DNA of 43,309 nt from a virus: IMG/VR virus record IMGVR_UViG_3300027852_000073. One strand, given 5' to 3'. The notes beneath the pieces are model-generated. The model was not told the origin of the DNA, ran no database searches, and saw nothing but the letters and a program-made list of their open reading frames with translations. Both the position numbers and the translations under genes were made by a program. This document shows, piece by piece, positions 16,159 through 25,992 of this stretch; the stretch's first letter is position 1, and every line of letters begins with the position of its first letter.

Positions 16159-16945
16159 GCTATATTTACCAGAACTTCCTAGTTCTTCCATGTTTGTCGG
16201 ATCACAAGAAGTAATGACAATAGAATGGCAAGAGTTTTTTAGAGCACTTTTTAATAGAGTTGGTGGTACAACTAATTCTAATTCAGATGATATTTTTAAA
16301 TTTATAATTGCAGAATTATATTCAATTCCAAAAAATTATGAAAAGCGGATAAACAAATTAGAAAAACAATTACTTTCTAATCTTTTTTGGACTAATGAGT
16401 CATTTAAGTATTATTTACCCCATACAGTATGGGATGATTTACGTTTTCCAGCAAGTTCAGTTAAAGGAGGAGGGGCTTTTGATACAACTAAAACAGCATA
16501 TAGAGGCGGCATAGTTGAAGCATTTAGTACAGGTCCTAATGATGAAAGTGTACAATTTATAGGACAATTACCACATTCATATAAAGAAGGTTCTGATATT
16601 AATTTTCATATTCATTGGGTAATACCGGTAGCCGGCGCAGGAGCTGGTGTAGAGAATGTAAAATGGGATTTTACTTATTCTTGGGCTAATATTGATGACT
16701 CTTTTCCAGTAGAATCTAGTACAACTATAACTATTGATGTGCAAAGTATAGCTGCTCATAAACATATGTTAACTGATATTATTGAAATGGATGGTTCTGG
16801 AAAGAAAATAAGTTCAGTAATAATATGTTCTTTAACTCGTGATGTTAGTGTAGCAAATGATTATGCTAATGATGCGTATTTTGTAGAAGCAGATTTTCAT
16901 TTTGAAAGTGATACTATTGGGTCAAGACTAGAAGTTGAAAAATAA
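16151..16945 (+). CDS. Hypothetical tail-module protein (264 aa)
   Basis: Overlaps the gp10-like gene by 8 nt. Contains QLPHSYKEGSDINFHIHW. Confidence 0.75.
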   Translation: MTELYLPELPSSSMFVGSQEVMTIEWQEFFRALFNRVGGTTNSNSDDIFKFIIAELYSIPKNYEKRINKLEKQLLSNLFWTNESFKYYLPHTVWDDLRFPASSVKGGGAFDTTKTAYRGGIVEAFSTGPNDESVQFIGQLPHSYKEGSDINFHIHWVIPVAGAGAGVENVKWDFTYSWANIDDSFPVESSTTITIDVQSIAAHKHMLTDIIEMDGSGKKISSVIICSLTRDVSVANDYANDAYFVEADFHFESDTIGSRLEVEK

Positions 16946-16956
16946 AGGAGAATAAT

Positions 16957-17292
16957 ATGTCAGTAATAATAAAAAATGTTTATATGGCCCAACCAGCAGC
17001 AGCAAATACTACATTATATACTTGTCCTGCTAATACTCAAGCAAGGATTCTTAAATGCACTGTTACTAATGATACTATCACTGCTGCTACTATTAGTTTT
17101 AATAAAGTACCGTCTGGTAGTGCAGTAGCAGCTACTAATTTAATATTAAATCTTAAAGCCATTGGAAATAAAGAGACTTATGAATGTCCAGAAGTAGTAG
17201 GACAAGTATTAAATGCTGGGTACTTAATTAGTGCAATCGCAAGTATAGTAGATCAATTAACAGTAGCTCTAGATGTGGTGGAAATTGTATGA
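16957..17292 (+). CDS. Hypothetical protein (111 aa)
   Basis: AAGGAGA RBS. Rich in Ala, Thr and Val. Confidence 0.75.
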   Translation: MSVIIKNVYMAQPAAANTTLYTCPANTQARILKCTVTNDTITAATISFNKVPSGSAVAATNLILNLKAIGNKETYECPEVVGQVLNAGYLISAIASIVDQLTVALDVVEIV

Positions 17293-17627
17293 CGAATTTT
17301 ATATTATATTACGGGCCTACTTATGGTCTGAGAACAAATGAGAATTATTTAAATTTTAGGTGGTTACTTAAAGATACTTTAATGTTAGCTTCAATAACAC
17401 AACAAGGGAATGCAGCTGTTTGTCATTTTTATTCTGATAAAAGAGGTCTTAAGTATTTGAAACAAGCTGTTTCAGAATGGTGTGAGTATGTATTTAAAAC
17501 CTGTGATTGGTGTAAAATGATGTTAGGCGTTGTTGAAAAACCAAGTGTTGAAAAACTAATGAAGAGTTGTGGTTTTAGAAAAGTGGCTTATACAAAAAAT
17601 AAAGCACTTTACATGAAGGAGAAGTAA
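17289..17627 (+). CDS. Hypothetical protein (112 aa). The C-terminus weakly resembles the end of a GNAT fold.
   Basis: ATGA overlap with the upstream gene. The segment EKPSVEKLMKSCGFRKVA resembles the terminal N..A..LY.K.GF motif of acetyltransferases. This is a weak resemblance. Confidence 0.65.
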   Translation: MTNFILYYGPTYGLRTNENYLNFRWLLKDTLMLASITQQGNAAVCHFYSDKRGLKYLKQAVSEWCEYVFKTCDWCKMMLGVVEKPSVEKLMKSCGFRKVAYTKNKALYMKEK

Positions 17628-17628
17628 A

Positions 17629-18564
17629 ATGGGTGGAGATGGAAGTGGAGAGGTTTGGGAACAAGTATTAACACCTGGAAGACAAGTAGAATGGTTTGGC
17701 ATGGGTGGTGATGGTGGTGATGGTGGTAGTGAAGCTGCTGATGCCGCGGTAGAATCTGCAGATATTTATTCTGATGCCGCTATTGATGCTGCAAAAATTC
17801 AAGCAGGGTCTCAAAAAGAAGCTTTAGATTACCTCAAAGAAAGAGAAGAACTTCCCCAGAAACTCAGAGAAGGAGCTTTAATATCACTAGGTAGATTGCA
17901 AGGATTTGGTGGAGAATACGGAGATCAAGAAAAAATGATTCAACGTTCAATTGATTCTCCATTATACCAAAGCATTATAGAAGGTAAAGAAGCCGGTGAA
18001 GAAGCTATTTTAAGATCAGCATCAGCGACAGGGGGTTTACGATCTGGAGATACAAGTTATAATTTATATGATTATAATACACGATTACAAAATAGTGCTT
18101 TGTTAGCATCATATAATGAACAACTTATGGGACTTCAAGGGCTAGCAGGATTGCCTTCTAATTCAAATACAATTGCTAGTTCTATGGAGGGTATTGGTGT
18201 GACAAAAGCTGGGGGGACTCTGGAGTCTGGTAGAGCAACATCCCAGGGAATTACTGCTGCTGCTCAAGCAAATATTATGGCTGAACAAGCAGCAACAAAT
18301 AACTTAATGGGGTTAGCAAGTTTAGGCATTTCAGCAGTTGGTGCATTTTCAGACCGAAGACTTAAATCTAATATAAAGAAAGTTGGAACAGTAAGAGGGT
18401 TTAATTTTTACTCATTTGACTGGAATTCTGTTGCAAATATGTTAGGGCTTGAGGGTTCTACATACGGTTGTATGGCTGATGAAGTTTTCCAAGTTGCCCC
18501 AAAAGCAGTCACATTAAGAAATAACTTTATGTTTATTAATTACTCAGCAATAGGAGTGTTATAA
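17629..18564 (+). CDS. Needle-position tail protein or fibre with a C-terminal Peptidase_S74 intramolecular chaperone domain
   Basis: The C-terminus SDRRLKSNIKKVGTVRGFNFYSFDW...GCMADEVFQVAPKAV...INYSAI matches the S74 signature (SD.RLK.NI ... AQEV ... P.AV). The N-terminus is Gly/Asp-rich and is followed by a helical region rich in Ala and Gln. The gene sits where P22 has gp26. Confidence 0.75.
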   Translation: MGGDGSGEVWEQVLTPGRQVEWFGMGGDGGDGGSEAADAAVESADIYSDAAIDAAKIQAGSQKEALDYLKEREELPQKLREGALISLGRLQGFGGEYGDQEKMIQRSIDSPLYQSIIEGKEAGEEAILRSASATGGLRSGDTSYNLYDYNTRLQNSALLASYNEQLMGLQGLAGLPSNSNTIASSMEGIGVTKAGGTLESGRATSQGITAAAQANIMAEQAATNNLMGLASLGISAVGAFSDRRLKSNIKKVGTVRGFNFYSFDWNSVANMLGLEGSTYGCMADEVFQVAPKAVTLRNNFMFINYSAIGVL

Positions 18565-20279
18565 TGATGGAAGGAAATCCTTATTTTGTTAATCCAATGG
18601 GAGACTATTCTAAAGGTCTTGCTGGTCTAACAGGAGCTATAAATCAATTTGGCAAAGAAAGAAAAGCAGATCAAGCCAAAAAAGATAAAGAAACCATTTT
18701 TGAAGGAGCTGCAGAAGTTTATAAGAAAGGTGATCCTGAAGCTATAGCAGAGTATTCTTTAAAGTATCCTGAAGTTAGAAATAGTCTTATATCAGCTGTC
18801 AACTTTAGAGACCAGTCAACCAAAGAAAACTTTATAAATTCATCATTTAAAATTATACAAAATGCAGATAATCCTGAAGAAGTTGCTAATATAGTAAAAT
18901 CGCGACAAGCTTTCCTCAAAGCCAAAGGGATTCCTCCTGAAGAAACGAGAGCAACAGATTCTTTTTTAAAAGCGTATGAAGCAAACCCAGAAAATGCCAT
19001 TAAAAAGTTAAAAGGAACAGTTGCTGCCATGGCTCCTGAAAGATATAAAGCTTATAGAGAAACTTTAGGAACTGCTGATACTAAAAAGACTGGTGATGTA
19101 AAGAATTTTGAATATTATCAAAACCTTAAAGAAACCCATCCTGATTTAGCAGATAGTTTTGGTATAAAAACAGGATTTAAGAAAGATGATAAAACAGCAG
19201 CAGTAAAAAACTTTAATACTTTTATAAACCTTTTAAATACTGATCCAGAAAAAGCTAAATTATTTGGTGACTCCATTGGTATTAATAGAACTACACCTTA
19301 TACTGATATGGCAAAGTTAAAAACTGATTTAAACAATGGCCTTATAACAGAAGAAGATTACCAATCAAGAAAAGAAGCTTTACTAAACCCAACAATGAAA
19401 AACAAAACAGAGTTAACTATGGCAGCTCTTCGCGGTAATGAAGAAGCTAAAAATGTTTTAAAAGCTTTAGCATTAGATGATGTTACAACAGCTGGTAAAA
19501 GAAGTCAAGCTTCGACTGAAGGAAAACTCACAGCATTATATGCAGCCATGGATTTAGATGGAGTAGCTCAAGCTGTTTTAGAAGGCAAAGAAACTATAGA
19601 CAACGTGCGCAATACTTTTGGTGTTCCAATTCAAGAGGTTGTCCGGGAGAAAATTTTAAGTTCAGAACCAGATTTTAATTTTGTACAACCGAGAGCCATC
19701 CAAAAATCTCTTTCATCTTCTTTGGCACAGCAACAGAAAAATAGAGGTGCAATGGGTAGTTTTGTTAAGAATATAAATGGCCAACTTAGTAAAGTTGAAG
19801 ATATAATGCGAAAAGTTATTAATAGAGTTGGTGTAAGAGCCTTAGATTACCCCTGGAGAGAACTACATACAAGGTTTAAAGGTTCAGGTCATGAACGAGT
19901 TCTTGAAGCTTATATGAAGGAAATAAGTGTTGAAATATATAAATTATCTCAAGGTTCAACTGCATCAGTTGCACTGCTTCCTGAAAAAGGTAGAATAGAA
20001 TGGGAAGGAATTCATGATGTTACTTTATCTTACCCAGAACTTAAAAAAGTTCTTGTAGGCACAAATGATATGGCTAATATTCGTTTAAAATCTGTAAATG
20101 ACGAAATAAAAGAAACTATTGACAGACTTGGGAATATCCGAGAACTTAAAAACGTTTATACAGCTGGGCCAGGAGAAGCAGGAGCTGAATTTGAAGATTC
20201 GAATACCATAACAGTTACAAATCCTGATACAGGTGAAGAAGAAGTCTGGGATACAGTAACTGAAAAGAGGATTAAGTAA
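18564..20279 (+). CDS. Ejection / internal virion protein candidate (571 aa)
   Basis: A large helical ORF rich in Lys and Glu, lying between the needle-position gene and the 953-aa protein, where P22 has gp7, gp20 and gp16. Confidence 0.55.
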   Translation: MMEGNPYFVNPMGDYSKGLAGLTGAINQFGKERKADQAKKDKETIFEGAAEVYKKGDPEAIAEYSLKYPEVRNSLISAVNFRDQSTKENFINSSFKIIQNADNPEEVANIVKSRQAFLKAKGIPPEETRATDSFLKAYEANPENAIKKLKGTVAAMAPERYKAYRETLGTADTKKTGDVKNFEYYQNLKETHPDLADSFGIKTGFKKDDKTAAVKNFNTFINLLNTDPEKAKLFGDSIGINRTTPYTDMAKLKTDLNNGLITEEDYQSRKEALLNPTMKNKTELTMAALRGNEEAKNVLKALALDDVTTAGKRSQASTEGKLTALYAAMDLDGVAQAVLEGKETIDNVRNTFGVPIQEVVREKILSSEPDFNFVQPRAIQKSLSSSLAQQQKNRGAMGSFVKNINGQLSKVEDIMRKVINRVGVRALDYPWRELHTRFKGSGHERVLEAYMKEISVEIYKLSQGSTASVALLPEKGRIEWEGIHDVTLSYPELKKVLVGTNDMANIRLKSVNDEIKETIDRLGNIRELKNVYTAGPGEAGAEFEDSNTITVTNPDTGEEEVWDTVTEKRIK

Positions 20280-23140
20280 TGCCATTGCCAAAATATGTTC
20301 AAGATGCTTTTGACAGTAAAAATCTTTTTGCAGAAACTCCTCCTATGGAGAGTGGTATAGCAGAAACTCCTCCTATGGAGAGTGATATAACAGAAACTCC
20401 TCCTATGGAGAGTGATATAACAGAAACTCCTCCTATGGAAAGTGGTATAGCAGAAGATACTGTTCCTTTGGGTAGCCAAAGCCCTTTTCCACGAGGGAGT
20501 ATTCCCAAAACAGAAAGCAGTCTTCCTGATTATGTTCTTAAGGAAATGGGAAAAAGAGAACAACCTGAAGAATGGGGCACTGACTGGATGAGAGAGAACC
20601 CAACTCTTGCAGGTTTATATGGTGCAGGTAAGGGGTTACTTGAACAAGCAGTTGTTCCGACTATTGAAACTATAGGAATGATTGGTGGGAGTGCGGGTTC
20701 TCCTATTGTTGGGACAGCTCTTGGTTATGGAATGGCAAGACAACTTAGTGACTATCTTGTAGATTCATATAAGCGTCTTGGTGGAGAAGATATTGAAAAT
20801 AAAACAGTTGGCGAAGAGATGCTTCAAAGTGCTGCAGATGTTGGTACAGTTTTAGTTATGGGTAAAGCCATGGATATGGGGGTTAAGGCAGCGCCTTATA
20901 TTGAAGATTACTTATTTAAAGAGTTGCCAAAGAGATTATATGCAAGAGCAATTAAAACTCCAATGTCTAAAAAGTGGATACAAACTCTTCCTAATGAAAT
21001 AGTTTCAAAACAAACAGCTGCTATTGAAGAAGGACTTAGATCTAGGATTCCACCAAGTAAGTATGGACTTTCAAAGATAAAAAATCTTGAGAAAGAAGTA
21101 TCGGGGTATATTGATGACATTACTAAAATACTTTCTGAGGACCCTAGTAAAGTTATTAACAGAGAAGATATTCTTAAAGAGGGTTTAAAGAAAGCTTATG
21201 CTAAAGCTGCTACTAGTAGTGATCCAAAAGGAGCTAAAGGAATTGTTGATGCTATAGCTGACAGATTTAGAGCACACCCTGGTAGTTTAACTCCAGCAAA
21301 AGCAAACCAAATTAAACGTCAATTGTATAAAGAAGTAAAGTATGGGGCTTCAGAACCTGGAGCAATTAAAGCTCAAATGGATATAGTTGGAAAGAAGGGT
21401 GTGGCTAGAGAAATAATGCTAAACCTAGAAAAAACATATCCTGCATTGGCAGAACTTAATGCAACTGATGCCGCAAGAATAAGTTTAACCGAAGCTATTG
21501 AAAAATCATATGCCAGGGAAGCTCAAAAAAGCATGGTTCCCTTGGGAGCAAAAATATTATTACGTCCCAAAACTTGGCCACTATCTTTATGGGAATCGAC
21601 TATTGGGCACCCACAGATAAAAACAAGATTAGCTTTTGCTTTACATAAAGCTAATCCTGTTAAGTACCCAGCTAAGCCTTCAAAATATACTCCACCAGTT
21701 ACTCCAAAAGCTGTTTCATTAACCACAAAACCTCCTGAGTCTCTTATTGGTTTAAAGGGTAAAGCTCTACCCGAAGGAACTTATACATCAAGCCAGTTAA
21801 ACAGAATGCTTAAGTCAAAAGATGTTATTAAAGTAGATACAGCTTTAGAAAGCATCATTGAAAAAAGAATGGCTGATCATCTAGAAAGACAAAAGCATGT
21901 TACAACTGTTAATAAAATGCTGGGAATTCTTAAAAATGAAAAAGGTGCAGTTGGCCGTGACATAGGAAAAAAAAAATTAATTAAACCAGAGGTTAAATTA
22001 ACTACTAAATCAGTTGTTAAGCCAGTTGTTAAACCAAAAATTAAGTTAGCTAAACTATTAGAAAAAGAAGATTTAGGTTATAAAAACTTTCTTGAAAAAA
22101 TGATTAAAAATGCTCCAAATAAAATAATTAAAGCAGAATTAGAATCAGTTAGAGAGTTTATCCATCCTAATAGCATAGATAAAGTAACAAAAGCAGCAAT
22201 AAAACACAGTGGAGGCAAAATAGCAAAGGGTAAAAACCATGCTGAAATATATAAAGCTTTAGAATTAAAAGGCATACCTTTTAAAAATACTGAAGATATA
22301 GGTTTTGTAACAAATAAAAATAAATTTATGACTAGAGATCAAGCTGAAATTTTATATAAGTCTTATTCTGCTGATGAATTTTTTAATCCAGCTATTAAAA
22401 ATATGATAAATGAAAAAGCAGTAGAAACTATTCTCAAAAAAGGTTCAGTTAAACCAGTTGCTAAACCAACTGCTAAACCAAAAGAACCATTTGCTAAACC
22501 AGAGGTTAAACCAAAAGAAAAAATACTTTATCATACTTCTCATAAACTTTTAAAAAGTGGTAAACCAGTTAAAGATGCTTATTATGGAAATAAAGATTGG
22601 GCAAAAATGCATATAAGAGGTCGTACTGAAGAAACTCATAATTTTGGCGGTTATACTTATAAAGTAAAAGTACCTTCTAGTGCTAAAATTTTAGATTTAA
22701 GAAGTGGTTCTAAAGAATCTCGTGAACTTATGGCTAAATTTAATCATCAAGAGTATTCTTCGAATCCAGAATTTGCTAAAGATCTTTTAGCAGGTGATAA
22801 AATAGCTTTAGATGTTTTTTATGATGATTGGGCTGAATCAGCAAATAAGATTCTTAAACTTGCTAAATCTAAAGGGTACGATGGAATAAAATTTAATGAT
22901 GAATATTTTTTATCTAAAGGTTTAGTTAAAGAAATTCATGAAGTTGGACAAAGAACTTTAAAACCAATTGCTAAATCAGTAGCTGAACCAAAAATTAAAA
23001 TTTCTATTAAAGAGGAGCTTAAAAAATTAAAGGCAGATCTTAAAGAATTCAAAGAATTTGGAGATGATCTTGAATATATTGAAGATCTCAGTAAAGAAAT
23101 TAAAAAGTTAGAAGCACTTGAAAAGAGGAGTAAGAAATGA
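20279..23140 (+). CDS. Large multi-module ejection / internal virion protein candidate (953 aa) with polyvalent-protein-like architecture
   Basis: An N-terminal 10-aa repeat x4, a Gly-rich hydrophobic segment (LAGLYGAGKGLL...IGMIGGSAGSPIVGTALGYGMA), Lys/Pro-rich linkers (KPVVKPKIK and VKPVAKPTAKPKEPFAKPEVKPKEK) separating globular modules, and a C-terminal coiled coil. Confidence 0.6.
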   Translation: MPLPKYVQDAFDSKNLFAETPPMESGIAETPPMESDITETPPMESDITETPPMESGIAEDTVPLGSQSPFPRGSIPKTESSLPDYVLKEMGKREQPEEWGTDWMRENPTLAGLYGAGKGLLEQAVVPTIETIGMIGGSAGSPIVGTALGYGMARQLSDYLVDSYKRLGGEDIENKTVGEEMLQSAADVGTVLVMGKAMDMGVKAAPYIEDYLFKELPKRLYARAIKTPMSKKWIQTLPNEIVSKQTAAIEEGLRSRIPPSKYGLSKIKNLEKEVSGYIDDITKILSEDPSKVINREDILKEGLKKAYAKAATSSDPKGAKGIVDAIADRFRAHPGSLTPAKANQIKRQLYKEVKYGASEPGAIKAQMDIVGKKGVAREIMLNLEKTYPALAELNATDAARISLTEAIEKSYAREAQKSMVPLGAKILLRPKTWPLSLWESTIGHPQIKTRLAFALHKANPVKYPAKPSKYTPPVTPKAVSLTTKPPESLIGLKGKALPEGTYTSSQLNRMLKSKDVIKVDTALESIIEKRMADHLERQKHVTTVNKMLGILKNEKGAVGRDIGKKKLIKPEVKLTTKSVVKPVVKPKIKLAKLLEKEDLGYKNFLEKMIKNAPNKIIKAELESVREFIHPNSIDKVTKAAIKHSGGKIAKGKNHAEIYKALELKGIPFKNTEDIGFVTNKNKFMTRDQAEILYKSYSADEFFNPAIKNMINEKAVETILKKGSVKPVAKPTAKPKEPFAKPEVKPKEKILYHTSHKLLKSGKPVKDAYYGNKDWAKMHIRGRTEETHNFGGYTYKVKVPSSAKILDLRSGSKESRELMAKFNHQEYSSNPEFAKDLLAGDKIALDVFYDDWAESANKILKLAKSKGYDGIKFNDEYFLSKGLVKEIHEVGQRTLKPIAKSVAEPKIKISIKEELKKLKADLKEFKEFGDDLEYIEDLSKEIKKLEALEKRSKK
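20331..20456 (+). repeat. In-frame 30-bp tandem repeat x4.2 (AETPPMES[GD]I)
   Basis: CAGAAACTCCTCCTATGGAGAGTGGTATAG-type units start at 20331, 20361, 20391 and 20421. Confidence 0.95.
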
Positions 23141-25293
23141 ATATTCTCAGCAAAATGTTAAGGATTCTTAAGAATGAAGGTGGCTATATTAAAGTTGAAT
23201 TAGGACCTACTTATTTTCCACAAAGAACAATTGGTAGACCAATCTCAAATGCACAAATTTATGTTGGGGATCCTGATACTGATCCTGAAGTTGTTGGGAA
23301 TCAAATATCATTATTTGTACAGGAAGAAGATGGAACTATTGTTGAGGTAACACAGCCTATTAGAACCAATGCAGGTGGTACTCCAATATATGATAGTTCT
23401 CCTGTTACTTTATTAGTTGCAAGCAACTACTCACTTAAAGTTTTAGATTCTACTGGAGTACAAGTATATTATATTCCAAGTACAGATGTAAGTACTTATA
23501 ACACTATTCTTAACCATTGTACTCCTAATTATCTTGCAACTGACCAAGGACTTACTGGTGAATCAAACACTGTAAAATTTTGTGTAGATACAATAAACAC
23601 AAGTGAAGGAACAATTTTTTTGCGTCATAATTCTGGTGGAGCAACTACAACTTATACTTTTTCTACAAACGAAACTATACCTGTTAACATTAATCTTGAA
23701 ATAGAAAAAGGCGCAAAAATGTCTATTGATGCTGGAGTAACTCTTACTATTGAGGGTTTTTTTGGTCCAGGGTTATATCAAGTAGTTACTGGTGATGGCA
23801 ATATACAAGTAGGTACAAGAGTAAAAGAAATTCATCCACATTGGTTTGGAGCTGTAGTAGATGGTTCTACAAATGACGCAGCAGCATGGAATAAGGCTTT
23901 TGGATCAGTTGATGTATCTGATGCGAATGAAAGTGGAGCAACAATAATTGTTCCAGCAGGCACAAGTGTGGTTAATGACTCTATTGATGTACCCGGGAAT
24001 GGAAGATGGATAGTAAGAGGCCATGGTGATGTGTCAATAATAGAAGCTAATGGTCCTGATGCATTTACATTAGCTAGTGATGGTAATACTCACAGTGTTT
24101 TTGAGCATTTTAGAATGCAAGGAGATAATACAGCTGGAAAAGCAGCATTTAACTGTACTCCTGATGATCCTTTAACTGAAGTATGTACTGGAGTAAAATG
24201 GCAGCATTTGAGAATAACAGGTTTTAAAATAGCATTCAATGTCCCAAATACTCAATTATGTTTTTGGGAACATATTTCTATAGCTTTTACTGTTACAGGA
24301 TGTTCAGTATTTTATATGAATACAAGTGGGGTGTATAGTCAAAGTAATTCTAATAACGTTACTGAATCTCAATTTACTGGTGCAGATGCACAAGTATATG
24401 ATTTTACTTTTACCGCAGGTCAAAATAGAGCTACAACATGGGTACTTAAAGATACTGAAATTCAATTCTCAGGCACAACTATCCCAATTACTATTCAAGA
24501 TGTTGGTTATATAGTAGACAATTGTGGGTTTGAGAATAGTACAGCTGATAATCTTATAGACATTGTTTGTACTGATGATTTTGTACCTCACAATATAAGG
24601 ATTGAAAATAATACTTTTACTTTTACTCCTACAGGAGCTACAGCTCCTGTTAATATCAGACGAACTGGAGCAGTTCAATACCCTGCTATAATAAATATTA
24701 ATAATAATAGTTGGAATCCTGCTCTTAATATTGTTGATATAGGAGATGCCCTTCAAATTCATATTGAGGGTAATCAAGGTAAGGTTAATAATACAGGTGG
24801 AAGAGTTATTACTGAAATAAACAACAGTGATACTTTAGGGACTGTTAGAATGAGTTCTGTTAATACAGCTTCTGACATGCTTCTTGTGGGTACAGAAATA
24901 GTTGCTGGTGCTAATACTGGAGGTTATACTAGAGTATTTGAGAAAGCTTTTTATTACCAAACTACTAATGCCAATGCTACAAATTTTATAATACATAATC
25001 TAGCTGAAGGCGAAGTTGCCACTGTTTTTGTTACAGCATCTGCTTGGAATACTACAGATGATAATGCTTGGGCTGGCTATATGAAAAGGGCTACAGCTTA
25101 TAGAGCTGTAGCTGGTGCTGCCACATTACTTGGAACTGATGAAGATATTGGCACAGATAATGAAACTACTGTTGGATGGGATTTGGGTATAGGAGTTAAT
25201 GGAAATGATATAATAGTTATAATGACAGGAGAAGCAGCTAAAGATATTAACTGGGGCTTTAGCGTAAAATTAGTAGTGGTTAATGATAGTTAA
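23137..25293 (+). CDS. Tailspike with a pectate-lyase-type beta-helix (probable depolymerase)
   Basis: HPHWFGAVVDGSTNDAAAWNKAF matches the Pectate_lyase_3 N-terminal signature (FGA.GDG..DD..A). 718 aa, the last gene before the lysis cassette. Confidence 0.8.
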   Translation: MNILSKMLRILKNEGGYIKVELGPTYFPQRTIGRPISNAQIYVGDPDTDPEVVGNQISLFVQEEDGTIVEVTQPIRTNAGGTPIYDSSPVTLLVASNYSLKVLDSTGVQVYYIPSTDVSTYNTILNHCTPNYLATDQGLTGESNTVKFCVDTINTSEGTIFLRHNSGGATTTYTFSTNETIPVNINLEIEKGAKMSIDAGVTLTIEGFFGPGLYQVVTGDGNIQVGTRVKEIHPHWFGAVVDGSTNDAAAWNKAFGSVDVSDANESGATIIVPAGTSVVNDSIDVPGNGRWIVRGHGDVSIIEANGPDAFTLASDGNTHSVFEHFRMQGDNTAGKAAFNCTPDDPLTEVCTGVKWQHLRITGFKIAFNVPNTQLCFWEHISIAFTVTGCSVFYMNTSGVYSQSNSNNVTESQFTGADAQVYDFTFTAGQNRATTWVLKDTEIQFSGTTIPITIQDVGYIVDNCGFENSTADNLIDIVCTDDFVPHNIRIENNTFTFTPTGATAPVNIRRTGAVQYPAIININNNSWNPALNIVDIGDALQIHIEGNQGKVNNTGGRVITEINNSDTLGTVRMSSVNTASDMLLVGTEIVAGANTGGYTRVFEKAFYYQTTNANATNFIIHNLAEGEVATVFVTASAWNTTDDNAWAGYMKRATAYRAVAGAATLLGTDEDIGTDNETTVGWDLGIGVNGNDIIVIMTGEAAKDINWGFSVKLVVVNDS

Positions 25294-25312
25294 AATAGAA
25301 TAGGAGAACAAT

Positions 25313-25606
25313 ATGCCATTAGGTGTAACAGAAGTCCAAATAACGAACATAGAAAAAAGTATTAGCTCTATTGAAGAAAAGCTGGGCATAATGCAAGAAA
25401 CCTTAACGAAAGTCGCTGTCCAGAAAGAACGGCTTGACACCGTTGAAAAACGAGTTGATGGGCTATGGAAGAAATGGGATGACGATATTGTACCAGTACT
25501 GAAAACTTGTCCAAAAGCTCAGATAAAATGGTTGTGGTTCATTGTCATTCCGCAAGGGCTAACTTTAATAGCAATGTCAATAGCACTGCTAGTGAACAGG
25601 TATTAA
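25313..25606 (+). CDS. Coiled-coil protein with a single C-terminal TM helix (lysis-cassette component; role uncertain)
   Basis: TM segment WLWFIVIPQGLTLIAMSIALLV. The gene lies immediately upstream of the endolysin. Confidence 0.6.
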   Translation: MPLGVTEVQITNIEKSISSIEEKLGIMQETLTKVAVQKERLDTVEKRVDGLWKKWDDDIVPVLKTCPKAQIKWLWFIVIPQGLTLIAMSIALLVNRY

Positions 25607-25607
25607 A

Positions 25608-25985
25608 GTGGGTAATTTAACAGAAAACTTTGACTCAAGCGAGATGAAATGTGCTTGTGGATGTGGTATTTGTAATGTATCACCACAATTTATTGATAAA
25701 TTGCAAACCACAAGAATGTTAGCTGGTATTAGATTTATAATAGTGTCCGGATGCAGATGCCCATCACATAACCAAGTTGTTGGAGGCAAGCCAAATTCAG
25801 ACCATATCACTACAGATAGTATCCCATGCGAAGGTGTTGATATAGCTTGCCGTGAATCAATCCAAAGATTTAGAATAATCAACGCTGCTATACATGCGGG
25901 GTTTAAAAGAATAGGCATAGGCAAAACATTTATTCATTTAGGAATGTCAAATGAAAACCCACAAAATGTAATATGGTTATATTAA
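25608..25985 (+). CDS. Endolysin, Peptidase_M15_3 (zinc D-Ala-D-Ala carboxypeptidase-like) family
   Basis: LTENFDSSEMKC ... VSGCRCPSHNQVVGGKPNSDH ... GVDIA ... FIHLG matches the M15A pattern SGYR...N..GG...S.H...D...H. GTG start. Confidence 0.85.
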   Translation: MGNLTENFDSSEMKCACGCGICNVSPQFIDKLQTTRMLAGIRFIIVSGCRCPSHNQVVGGKPNSDHITTDSIPCEGVDIACRESIQRFRIINAAIHAGFKRIGIGKTFIHLGMSNENPQNVIWLY

Positions 25986-25992
25986 AGGAATT

